Shown here in pieces: positions 1 through 11,499 of a stretch of 64,000 nucleotides of DNA. Made by a program: the position numbers and the translations under genes. Below the pieces are notes generated by a model. It was not told the DNA's origin and searched no databases. It was given only the letters and a program-made list of their open reading frames with translations. The DNA is taken from the NCBI GenBank assembly GCA_010015585.1, contig ML975155.1; one strand, 5' to 3'. Each line of letters opens with the position of its first letter. Position 1 is the first letter of the stretch. This DNA is from Eremomyces bilateralis CBS 781.70. Taxonomy: Eukaryota.

Positions 1-495
1 GCTGTACCACACACACCCTTCAATCGAAACCCCGGACGTCTACGAACGACCTCACCATCACCATCACCATCACACGATCCGATCACCACCGACAAACCCA
101 GTACGTACGTCCCAGTTCTACATTTCTGTTTTCCGTTTCCTTGGGAGGGGTATCATACAACGATTTTCTCGACAAAACTCCATCAATCCCCTTTCCTCTT
201 TCCCTGTCCCTGTTCCATTGCGCCGTCCAAATCTTACACCGGGAAACGCAAAGAATCATCCACACTGCTCCACTTACTCCATACCCGATCCCCTGCCTGC
301 CCTGCCCCCCTTCCTACGCCGCTTCTTCCATGCTAATGTACAATAGGGATGCATGCAGGATACCAGTGATGGCTGTCCATGCGACGAGAAAAGGATCGAT
401 GTGAGCAAGAGCAAATGAGAAGGGCGTGTGTGAGAATGCGGAAAAGTAAAGATGCTGTAAAACAGGAAAAAAAACTCGCTAAAACAGTCAAATGT

Positions 496-574
496 ATGCG
501 ATGCGATGCGATGCGATGCGATGCGATGTGTGTTTCAGGGTTACCCGATCGAGGAAATCGAATCGAATCGAATC
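496..574. repeat. Pentanucleotide microsatellites (ATGCG)~6 and (AATCG)~4 downstream of EPL1
   Basis: atgcgatgcgatgcg... at 496-528 and aatcgaatcgaatcgaatc at 556-574. Confidence 0.9.
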
Positions 575-754
575 AGACGTCCTCCGAGTGCGTGGTGCTT
601 TTCCCGAGAAAAAAAATACCGCCCCCGTTCTATGTCCGATAGGATAGCCAGCAGATCATACGGTGAGTTGGAAGATAATACGACGACGGAACATCGACCC
701 CTCCACCGACCCTACCGACCCAACGCCTAGAATTCCGCAAAGCAACGCTTCCGC

Positions 755-3015
755 CTACGACGGCGCCGCCACCGTCACCACCGGTGCCCCCTGTTGTGCC
801 TGCGCCAACCCCTGCTGCGCCTGCGCCAATGCGCGCCTCTGCACCTGCTGAATCTGCTGCGGACTCAACGAGACGCCCTGCTGCGCGGCCTGCTGCTGCG
901 CGGCGTGCACAGCGGCGGACACATGGGCGTGGGCGTGAGCGGCGGCGGCGTTTTGTAGGGAGGGGTGCGGCGGGTCGCGGGACTGCAGGGCGAAGAACAT
1001 GCGGTGGCGCATAGCGAGAGAGTCGTAAGGGTCTGTGGGGCGGAGGGGNNNNNNNNNNNNNNNNNNNNNNNNNNNNNNNNNNNNNNNNNNNNNNNNNNNN
1101 NNNNNNNNNNNNNNNNNNNNNNNNNNNNNNNNNNNNNNNNNNNNNNNNNNNNNNNNNNNNNNNNNNNNNNNNNNNNNNNNNNNNNNNNNNNNNNNNNNNN
1201 NNNNNNNNNNNNNNNNNNNNNNNNNNNNNNNNNNNNNNNNNNNNNNNNNNNNNNNNNNNNNNNNNNNNNNNNNAAGGAGGGGAGGGCGGTGGCGAGGGGG
1301 TTGTCGAGGTGAGTGATGGGGCGGAGAGGGTCGCGGGTGAGGGAGGCGTATTCGTTGGGTTTGGGTTGGCGGGGGAAGGGGGCGAGGGCGTCGGCGGTGG
1401 TATCGGCGTCCTCCATGGGTTGGTCGTTAGGTTTCGAGTCGGAACCCTCGGCGGAGGTGGGGGGTGTGGGGAGGATGCGGTTGAAGAGGGAGACAAATTC
1501 CGGGTCGTCTAGGGCGGCGGATTCGAGGGGCGGGGTTATGGGACGCCAGGTATCGTCGACATAGCCCTCGTTCCAGACCTGGTGCCGCTGTTTGTGCTCG
1601 TTGACGAAGGTGCGGATGCTGTCGGCGCGCTTGGCTTTCTGGTCCTCGTACATGATCACGTCGGATTCCATAGGGCGAACCGCAGCGGGCAATGACGGCT
1701 GCTGACCTGCTACACGAGCTCGTTGGACCCCTGCTTCGGGTCGAGGAGCTTCTTTTCGTTTGGGCTGGGGCGGAGGCTGGAAATGGTGAGTGTCTCGTTC
1801 CCTTCGCGGTCGTGCAGTTACTTACCTGATTGATGAGCAATTCCATGTCCCCCTCCTTGATTCCCAAACTCCGTTTCGCCTCGAGCAGCGCTCTCCGTTG
1901 CCGGAAAATGAGCTCGTCCTGTGCCAACTGATCCGCCTTGGCTCGCTGAAACTGCACGACGAGGTGGCAGAGATATCGCGACGTTTCGTACTGCCGCCGA
2001 AACGTGAACAGCCTCTCCGTCGCCTGCGCATCCCGTCCACGGGTTTTCCGCACCTGCCGCACCTCTCGTCGTCGGAAACACACGTAAGGATCTCCGTCGT
2101 CCGTATCGGCATTCCGCTCGAATTTTAGGGACGACATGAGACTATGGTTCTCGCGGTCCCTCCGCCTATCCTTCCAATGCGGATAGATATCCGCGGCGAA
2201 CGGACGCGATGCGTCGTCCACAGTGTCATCGAACCCGCCTTCCAGCTCGTCGAGACTGAGGATCGGTGTGTTTGGATCGACGGACGCGAACGGTTGCCGG
2301 ATTTCCGAGACCCGCTCGAACGCGCTCATGACCACCTCGAACTGATCTTCGGTGCATTGCTCCTCTTGGGGCTTCTTGGCATTCAGTTCCCGCAAGAAGG
2401 CCTCATCCTCCTCATCCATGCAATAGGGGCTGCCCACGCAGTCCTCCACCGTGGACGAGAAGCGAATGTACGTCGCTGGCTGGCGGAAGTGCCGCGGATA
2501 CAGAGCCTCATATTGGAGGCTGCTCGCTACTGCCTCCGGAGTGGGGATGTAGATGTGAGCCGCTGTCCCACCCGCCTGTGCCGCGGATATGACTGCCTGA
2601 AGATGATGTTCCTGCCCGATCGTTAGTCATCGTCATGTAATATCACGTGACGGTGTGGCTTGGGATCACGAGAATTGCGTCACGTGACGCAACCCAAACC
2701 CGCATCGACAACCAGCGACCCAAACAGCGTGTAAAATTCTCGAAAATGACGGGATCGTAGTGAAGGTGAGTTCCAAATACCGGAAACGATGAGAAATCAA
2801 TAAATTCGGATGGTGGTGGTGAGGGCAGCGGTGCAGTAAAAAAACTTCACGGGTTGACTCACCGTTTCCTCACCCTTCTCGACGCCAGTCTCGATGCGCG
2901 GGATATGTCTGGCGGCATCATCATCTAGCGACTGGTCGACGTCGCTCTCTCGTAAAATCGGCAGACTCTGCTTAACGGACAGCTTGCGCTGCCGAAAGCG
3001 CTGAGCCGTGACCAT
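755..3015 (-). CDS. EPL1: Enhancer of polycomb-like protein, NuA4/Piccolo histone acetyltransferase subunit. Exons ~3015-2863, 2611-1826, 1776-755; the last exon spans the N gap
   Basis: N-terminal FRQRKLSVKQSLPILRE..IETGVEKGEE-EHHLQ, then YCMDEEDE, DPYVCFRRREVRQVRKTRGRD and a C-terminal DPYDSLAMR. GT..AG introns with branch points join the frames. The frame across the gap cannot be verified. Confidence 0.93.
1049..1273. other. Assembly gap (225 N) inside the last EPL1 exon
   Basis: Run of N flanked by G-rich low-complexity sequence. Confidence 1.
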
Positions 3016-4384
3016 GTTTAATTTTTTTATGTCCCGTAGGATTTATTCTGGTGATGAGCGATCATCAAAACCTAGTGACGCGACTGTGTCACGATGGGGG
3101 CGGGCGAGGTGCCAGATGGCCGAAGTGGCAGGCGGTGCGGGGTGGGTGTTCCGTGGGTGGGTGAGCCTGGGATGGGCGGTGTGGGTGGGTTTGGGTGGTC
3201 GAAGTGCCGGGGGTTGCCAGGGAATTGAACGTCGGTCGCAAGATTGGAACGGCGTAGCAACAGGAACCAACGAGCGACGATGCGATTGTATAGAAATTTC
3301 TCACTGCGCAAAACACCGGCCCAGGTGGCATAAAATGAATGAAATTCCGGTCAGAGATAGAGAATGATGAGGGCTATCTCGCCAAGTGAAAATCGAGAGT
3401 TTTGAGATGGATTTGCGAGTGGGACTGGATGGAATGAGTGGTGGAAGAGAGGATGCGAGATACGTTGGTTGGGGTGGTGAGAGGGAGGGTTGGTGGGTGA
3501 GTGCACTGTTGTGGTGGTGAGGGGGAAATCGCGATGGGTGATGGCAAAAGGGAGGAAGGAGCACAAGCTGGAAGTGAAAGCTGAGTGAGCGGAAATCAGG
3601 GGGGTTGTTTGTTGCATTCACTTCGCAATTGACAATTCACATTTCATGCAATCATCTTTTACACTAGTGGAGGAGCCATACCCAATTGGGCATAATGCGT
3701 GTCACCAGCAACGAGAATCAGTAACTTTGCAGGGGTTATGTTTGTTAGTCAGCTAACAAAAAGTGAACTTGGCCCGTGTGCTTATCAGCCACAGATCACC
3801 ATGCGGCTCATGTTGGGTGCCTAACTGAGTGGGCTAGTGGCCTTGTATCCTTGTTGCCCAGTGATACGAAAAAGGGGCATAATGATGTCGGCTTCAGAAG
3901 TCCTAAGGTCAATTATCTAAGTCAGATATCCTGCATGGCTGCATCTTCAGTGCCTGACATATACGAGAGAAATTCTTCCTGCAGCCTACTATGTTCGCCT
4001 GCTGTGGCACCCACACTTCGGATAGGGCTGCCTGGGGAATAATTGTTTAACGGGGACCAATGCTACTGGATCATTGCACACCTCACATCGTCCCTTGATT
4101 CCTTTCCCTATTGACATTCAGCATGATAGATCTTGAACTCACGATATGCTTCTGATCCCTGGTTCACACCGCCCGTGATACATTAACCAATGTCCAATGA
4201 CATCAGTCCGTCGGCATAACTCTAGCAAATCATCACGTGGACACCCAATCAAACCCCTGTCCCACCTCTCGACGTCACCTCAACCTTTTGACAATAAACC
4301 TCCTGGCCTCCTTGAGTCCCGACCTCCCACCACTCCCGACCCACCCCTCATTCCCCAGGCCATCAGATGTAACCCCTCCCTACA

Positions 4385-5009
4385 ATGGCCCTCCGCCCCT
4401 TCCCCCTCCCCATCCGCATCGGTACTGACATCTGCCACATCCCCCGCATTGCCTACCTCCTCACTCCTCACTCCTCCCCTTCCTCCCTCCGCTCCCACCG
4501 CCTCACCCGCTTCGTCACCCGCCTCCTCCACCCCATCGAAGCCGCGCATTTCTGGAACCGATACCGCCGCGCTGTCGAGGAGGTGCCGGACCCGGGAGAC
4601 AGGGACGCTGGCGCGAGGGCGTGGACGTCGCGGTTTTTAGCCGGGAGGTACGTTCCCTGGATCCTTGGCTAGCAGGTGGCTGCACATCCGCTGATATCTC
4701 CCTTCTTCATGAAATAGATGGGCCGCGAAAGAAGCCGCGATCAAAGCTCTCGGCTACCGGCCGCCGCACGCGTTTCATCAGATCGTACTGTATTCGGCGC
4801 CGACGGCAGCCGATGGGACGTCGGTGGCGCCGCGGCTGATCGTGCTGGATGAGGTGAATTTCACGCGAAAGGGGAACGCGGGGTGGGAGGATCGGAAGGA
4901 TGCGCTGGGGGGGATGGAGGGCCAGGAAGGGTTGGTGTCGATTAGTCATGATGGGGAGTATGCGACGGCGGTGGTGGTGATGCCGGTGGTGGTGGAGGGG
5001 GCGGGATGA
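4385..5009 (+). CDS. AcpS-type 4'-phosphopantetheinyl transferase (Ppt2/PptB-like, probably mitochondrial). Exons 4385-4647, 4718-5009
   Basis: IGTDICHIPRI, FLAGR|WAAKEAAIKA (joined across a GTACG..TAG intron) and VSISHDGEYATAVV motifs. Confidence 0.92.
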
Positions 5010-5815
5010 GATGGAGAGCGGAAGGACGGGGTATGGAAACTGTCTATCGGTTGGTTTAGAGCCTCTGACGATGGATCGACGTGGTGGGAGGAGAGAAAGT
5101 GCTGTAGGCTGGGGAATATTATCGCTGGGTTCGAAAGCGCGGAAGACGGTCGCTGGTTTGTGGGAATCGGCAGATCTGATTGTGTGATGAAGACGGATAT
5201 CGCATCACGGTCTTCGCAAATTGCGGCTCTCTGTCCAGTTGAAAGGACTTGACGGAACCTCAATGCGATCGAGGAACAAGTGTGGTGCCTGTGATGGTCG
5301 GAAATTAGTTAGGATGCGCCTCTGGAAACTGCGGCATATCTGTTTCAATCCGGACATTTTGGGCGCTACGGAAGCCGAGGGTTTGGAAGGGATTTCAGGC
5401 GACGGCTGTGAGAGCAGAGGAAGTGAAGCCCATAGCTGCCATATGGGCTCATCGGAGGAGATTCGCACACACAACGCACTACTTACCCGCCGTGCGACGA
5501 TCGCTGCTCGATGCGTGCAGATTCAACGACCTAGAATCGCCGGGTGCCAGACGGCGATATCAGATCAACGTCGCAAACGTTGGAAGACATCACCAAGTCA
5601 AGATGCAGCAAATCATGGTTGACCATTAGTTGGTCAGGAATTCTTCATTGCTAAGGACCCAACAGATCCCATGATCCCATATAGTTCAGTCTATCGTATC
5701 GATTTTCTCATAAATTCCGCGCCGCCGAATTCAACGCCCATCCCAGGTATTCCCAGCAATCCTCCATCGCAAGCATTCCTTTTGCGGAAGAGGTGATGCC
5801 GTGCGTCGCGGCGGA

Positions 5816-8085
5816 TTAGAAGAAGCGGCGGAGGGGTTTGGCCGACGGGGGTTTGGCGGCCGCCTTCTTCACCGTCATGCCCGCGTCTTTCTCCTTCTCC
5901 GCCTTCTTCTCCACCGTGCCCGCGTCCTTCATGACGATCTTCCCGTTCCGCTCCGCCGCCTCCATCTTGGACCAGTCCTCCGACTCGGTGGTGCCCGCGT
6001 CCTTGAGATCCCAGAGGCGCTGGTACACCCCCGCGTCCCAGCCAGTGCAGACCAAGTACTCCCACCAGAGCCGAAGGGCCGGGGTCTCGTCAGCGTCGGT
6101 CTACAATGAGAAGTTAGTAGAAATCACCGAAGCACGAACGAGGTAGACATACCGCCTCGAAAGCAAGGAGCATCTTCTCCACCGTGGTGGTGAACACCTC
6201 CATCTCGGCCTCCTCCTTCCAGCTACGCACACGACGAGCGAAGTTGAAGAGCTCATGCTTTGCCTTCGCCCAGTACCGCTCCTTCTCCGCTTCTATGTCA
6301 ACCTCGGAGAGCACCGTGCCGCCCGGCGTCACCGTCTTCCCTGCCGGCAGCCGCCCGTTGTAGCGCATCTCCGGACAGAAATGCTTCATCATCTCCGCCT
6401 TGAGCCACGCGGCGCGGTGCGGGTCTGCTAGCTTCTGCGCCCAGTACATCTTGACGTGGTCGGGGACGCGCTCGCATTGGGTGTCGTAGCCTAGGCGGTC
6501 GGAGTTGCGGGGCTGGTTGTACTGCCCGAAGTAATGGAGGTCGTCGCTCTGCTTGATGAACAGCGCGACGTTGTCGTACGGGTTGTCGACGATGTAGATG
6601 TCCGTATTGAAGAACGCAGAGAGCTTGGCGCCGTGGGTGCCGGGATTCTTGGGGAGGTACGGCTCCACCTTCGCGTCGAACACGTAATAGAAGCGGGTGG
6701 GGATGATGCCGCTCCTGTATTGAGAAACTGGTTAGTCGAAGCTCAGAATTCTGTGGGAGGGATTGTAGGAGGAAGAACCTACGCATCGCAGAGGTACATC
6801 CCAGGGCTGACCTCCTTGCCCCGGAGCATCAGGTGGATGAACTTCTCGCTGAAGCTCTCGTTACGGAACGGGATGTCCGCGATGAGGTCCCGGTCGACGT
6901 TGGTAAGGCGGCGGATGTACGCCGGCTTCCAGTCGGGTTCGATCACCAGGCTCATGGCACCGATGTCCTCCACGGACTGACGAACGCTGCCGTGGGTCCC
7001 ATCATCCGAACGAGGCGCCCCGTTAGCGACGAACACGGCCGAGCTGCCCTGGATGCTGTCCATCTCGCTCCCGGGTTGCTGATCCTTGGCCGCGGCCTTC
7101 TCCTCTTCACGTTCGGGGGCGGCTTCAGCGGCCCTAGTCCAGGTCAGTATGTACTCCAGCTTCTCCGCGCTCAAGAGCGTTAAAGGCGAGATGGTGGGTA
7201 GAGGAAAATAGTAGAAGTAGTAGTCTATTTTCTACGCGATTGGAGGGTCTGGAATATGCGGTGGAATAGAGGAAGGAAGTAGAGGAGTAAATAAACTCAC
7301 AAGCTCAGGTGGGAATTATAAACGCCTTTGACTCCATTTACCATCTTGACGGGTCCATTTGCTTGCCCATTCATGGGTCCATTCGTGTTGATGATAGCGG
7401 GGGTCTTGATCAGACCCGCTTCTGATTTATCAGCCTTGACGACGACATACCCATTCGTCATGTGATCCGCCTGAACGGTCGCGGTGTTCACCTTCTCAAG
7501 CCTGGCCTTGACATCTTCGAGATCACTTCGCATGCTAGTGATGCCCTTGGAGAGCGTGGTGTGCATCTGTTCGACCTGAAGCTTGAGGCCTCTGACCTCT
7601 TGCTCGATCACCATGGGACTGCTCTGCAAGTTGCGCTTTGACTTGACGTCTTCAAGGTCGTTTCGCACACTATCAATGCCCTTGGTGAGCTTGGTATGCA
7701 GCTGCTCAGACTGAAGCTTGAGCCATTTCACTTCCTGCTCGACCGCCATGGGGCTGCTGGGCGAGTTGCCCTTCGCCTTGTAGTCGACGACCTCATCTCG
7801 CAAGCCGGCGATGCTCTTGGTGAGCTTGGCTTGCATCTGCTCAACTTGGAGCTTGAGCCACTTGACTTCTTGCTCCATCGTCATAGGGGTTTTGACAGAG
7901 TTGCGTGCCCCAGGTATGGCCTTGGGATGGAGTGGGGCTGGAGGGCTCCACTCGATCATTGACGATGGAGCGAAGACGGGATCCGACGCGTCAAGGGCCT
8001 GGGCATCGGTGCAGGTCTCCACCTTCACCTTGGAGTTGGCGGGGTTATGCATGGAGTCTTTCAATGTCTTTGAGTTCTTCGACAT
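5816..8085 (-). CDS. Fungal hypothetical protein with N-terminal 3x45-aa coiled-coil repeats and a C-terminal DUF6697-like domain. Exons 8085-7301, 7133-6783, 6714-6153, 6100-5816
   Basis: Four ORF pieces join in frame through canonical introns. The C-terminal motifs (EPYLPKNPGTHGAKL, YFGQYNQPRNSDRL, LRLWWEYLVCTGWD) resemble DUF6697-type proteins; the family call is from memory. Confidence 0.75.
7483..7887 (-). repeat. Coding tandem repeat, 3 x 135 bp (45 aa)
   Basis: PMTMEQEVKWLKLQVEQM.. / PMAVEQEVKWLKLQSEQL.. / PMVIEQEVRGLKLQVEQM.. at exact 45-aa spacing. Confidence 0.92.
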
Positions 8086-9319
8086 GATTAATATGCCAAA
8101 TCTTTCAACACCACGGCAAGTAACTGACAGCTCAAGTCAGACGTTGATGCAATGTTACTAAGTGCTGTTAGGATCACCTACATGTTGAAGCCGGTAAGGT
8201 TGAGTTCTGAGCTGGGGGAGTTGATAGATGGTGAGGTTTCAGTGAAGCAAATATCACTGACGTCGATAACACTGGTGTCAATATCACTGGTGCTCGAAGA
8301 AAGCCCTGAGATTGAGACCAGTGTCATGGTTATATTAAGTTAATAGCTCTAGGTTAGGATCGCTTACCACTGGAATGTGACTGTGATGTTACTGGCTCGA
8401 CGATACTATCCTGACAGTGCTGCTATGCCGACGACGATATCTCTGGCTCTTGACGATGACTGGATTCGAATCAGAGATGATAAGAGATAAGGTTAAGCGT
8501 TGAGACTGATCTCTCACCGAAGAAGGGTGACGGTGATGGTACCCACTGCTCGAAGTTGGATGTCAGACGACGATGATATCACTGTCTCATGAAGCCGAGA
8601 CTCAAGATCAGTCAACCAATGAAGTTTGTTCAGAACCAACCAAGTCTGACGATGATTATCAATAAGGGTAGGATGTTGAAGAAGAGTGAAATAGTGAGAG
8701 GGATGTTTGTAAAGAGAAGAGAGAGTATGTGCTGCTCGAGAAGATAAACAGAAGGCTTCGAGGGAACACTAGGCGGACTGGCGCTAACGCCTTTCGGATA
8801 TACGATTGAATTCGGATTCACATGAACTAGCGCTCAAGGCGGGGTTCGGAGGTGTTATACAGGTGCGAGAGGATTGACATCGAGGGGGGCTTGGGTTCAG
8901 TCGGTGGATTGAACAGGGAAAGGGTCTCGAAGCCTGCGTCAGCTGATATATTGATTGTGGACGCTCAAAACCTATTGGGATACGAGCGCAATACTGGAGA
9001 GGTCACAAAGATGCATATACTGGTTGAGAATTCGATAATATAAGTGAGCGCTTGAGGAAAAGCATCGGGGGGATTTCGGCTATATCGGGGATATAGGGGT
9101 TTCGTGCGCTGGGGGGAAGGGGGGAGCGAAAGCTGAGGAGCGTCGCCCGGGGCTCGAATGATATATGAGGAGCGTCGCACGGGGACAGCGCACAAACAAT
9201 TAGCAAAGGCAGAATATAACCGATTAAAATCAAACCAGAGCGCTATGGGCACATGGTGTCTTTTCTTCATAACCAGCAAAGGGTATCTCAACGCCGGGCA
9301 GGCCGGCCACAATGAATTC

Positions 9320-11060
9320 TTAGGAAGCGTCGGGCTTCTCGTCGGGCTTTGTATCGGAATCAGGGTCCTTGTCTAGGTCCTTCTTGTCCTCTGCCTTTGC
9401 TTCGGAGGGCTCTTTCACCGCCTTCTCCTCCTCCTTCTTCTCCGCCTGCTTGTCTTCCTTCGCTAGCTCGGTCGTCCGCTCGGAAGATTCTGCTGGGTCC
9501 GGAGAAACGGTGACAATGAGCTCACCATGTTCGATTGCTTCTGTTTCCTCGAAGGACTGTTCCTGTGCTTCGTCCACCTGCTTCTCCTCCCGTTTCTCTT
9601 CCTCAACTGTCAACTCGGGCTGCTCTTCAGGCTGCTCTTCAAGCTTCTCTTCGGGCTTCTCTTCGGGCTTCTCTTCGGGCTTCTCTTCGGGCTTCTCTTC
9701 GGGCTTCTCTTCGGACTTCTCTTCGGGCTTCTCTTCGGGCTTCTCTTCGGGCTTCTCTTCCGGATTCCCTTCGGGATTCTCTTCCGGCTTTGAAGTTTCC
9801 TCTGCACTCTGTTTCTCCGACACACCATCTGATTGGAATGGATCTTCATCCGATGATGGAGGTGTCAGGACCGCTGATTCAAGGGTCGCATCAAGAAGCG
9901 AGACCGAAGACGCGGCGGACTGCGGCTGTGGTTGCTCGAGACCTTCGGATGAAGCGGGTTCCTCCTCTTCTTCCGTCTCCTCAATCGTGGACACAACGAC
10001 GTTGCCCGATGACGGAGACGCACGGTGGTGGCGCTTCGTCGTGTTGACGCCCCCATTCACCGAAAGCGATTCGTTCTTCTCGGTCGATGGTTCAGGAGGC
10101 GGACGTTCCGTCGATTCTCTTCGCAACAAGGTCGGCGCGACGGTCCGTGAAGCCACCGGGGTGATCATCTCCATCCCCTCCGCTTCCGGAGGAACGGTGT
10201 AGTTCTCCTCCTGAATCAGTCCGTAATGATCGCACACGGTCTTGAACAGGATGTACAGGCCCGTCTTGCCCTCCACCTTCCAGAACATGTCCCGATGTTG
10301 GAACCAGGCGTGCGCGAATATCCGATATACGCGGCGGAACACGTTCGTCAGCTGGCGTTGCTGGTTCCCCGGGTTCGACTCCGTCCCGAGCGCGAGGCGG
10401 CTGGGGAAGTTCTTCGGGGAGGTCAAGACGTTCGCGGCCCAATCGAGGGTATGGCAGCAATAGTCGATGGCACAGCACGGCTTCGGCGGATCGTGGACCG
10501 CGCAAAGATACTGCCATTCGGAGGCACGCATTTCAGGGCATGTTTGAGATGAGCAGGGGGGTTCGTCCGCGAACAGGGCGGTGAGGATCAGGTTGACTTT
10601 CTGGCATAGGAACCGGCATAGCTCGTACAGCCAGATATACCGGTCGACACCCTCCGGCGGCTCTGCTAATCGCCTGGCGGTAGCCTTATCAATGGCGATG
10701 GTAGTATCGCCGCCTTCAGGATGCGTGAGGGAGTAGTAGAGGGCCTTCAAATGCTCGGTGAGCTGGAATGCCGAGTCAATCTGGGCATATTAGCATTTAT
10801 CCAACCAAGTAAACCAGACACGTCGAACTTACATCTGTCAGTTCCACCACCGGCGGACCTTCCGCCATATCGGATGCTTTGGTGCCCGGCCGGACGCGCC
10901 GCGATGCCGCTTTGTCGAAGTTCTGCAACTCGCCCATACCGCCGTGCGTTTCAGGTAATCCTGACGTCGGTGACTTTGGACCTAGTTGATCTTCGGCCAT
11001 GGGAGGGGGGCTAGGGAGACGAGGGGAGCTGGATGGTGAAAGTGGTTGCGCTGCGGCCAT
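9320..11060 (-). CDS. Mob1/phocein family protein (Mob4/Mob3-type STRIPAK subunit) with an acidic tail. Exons 11060-10833, 10780-9320
   Basis: WLYELCRFL, CPEMRASEWQYLCAVHDPPKPCCAIDYCCHTLDWA and RRVYRIFAHAWFQH motifs; GTAAGT..CAG intron. Confidence 0.92.
9643..9787 (-). repeat. 12-bp coding minisatellite encoding (EEKP)n
   Basis: About 10-12 copies of cttctcttcggg with a few variant units. Confidence 0.95.
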
Positions 11061-11499
11061 GGTCGCGGTGCGGTCGAAGGTCAAGGTCTAGCGGACGTAA
11101 CACAACAGAGCGGAGCGGACACAGGGGGAAGTCAATGCTTCTACAGCGGCAATTCGCCAACGTATGCGTCAAGCGCCGGAGTTCAAGCTCTGGGAACCAA
11201 TACGATGTAATACTCTTTGTTCCTATGGACTTTTGAGCAGCTGGAGCGTTGAAGTTGGGTTAAGCAGGTGCGACTCAGCAGGGATCGCGTTTAGCGTTGG
11301 AGTTCCAGCTGTGGCGTATATATAACATCAACTGTGGCGGCGATGTCCGTCTTCGTCATGAGTACCGAGTCGGCTTTCGGAGTAAACTAACAAGAATTCC
11401 TACTGATATTCGTCTATAAGAACTCCTCGGACGATTTATTTGCAATTCAACCAGGGATTCCACATAAGTTTATACAGGTCTCATGAAGTTGCATGCATC

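Noticed and set aside
755..1692. Frameshift or pseudogenisation of EPL1
   Set aside because: The frame change coincides with an N gap of estimated length, so it is most likely an assembly artefact.
9369..10202. Long antisense ORFs (also 21942-22799, 34745-35656, 35265-36215)
   Set aside because: Shadows of GC-rich or repetitive sense CDSs with no independent motifs.
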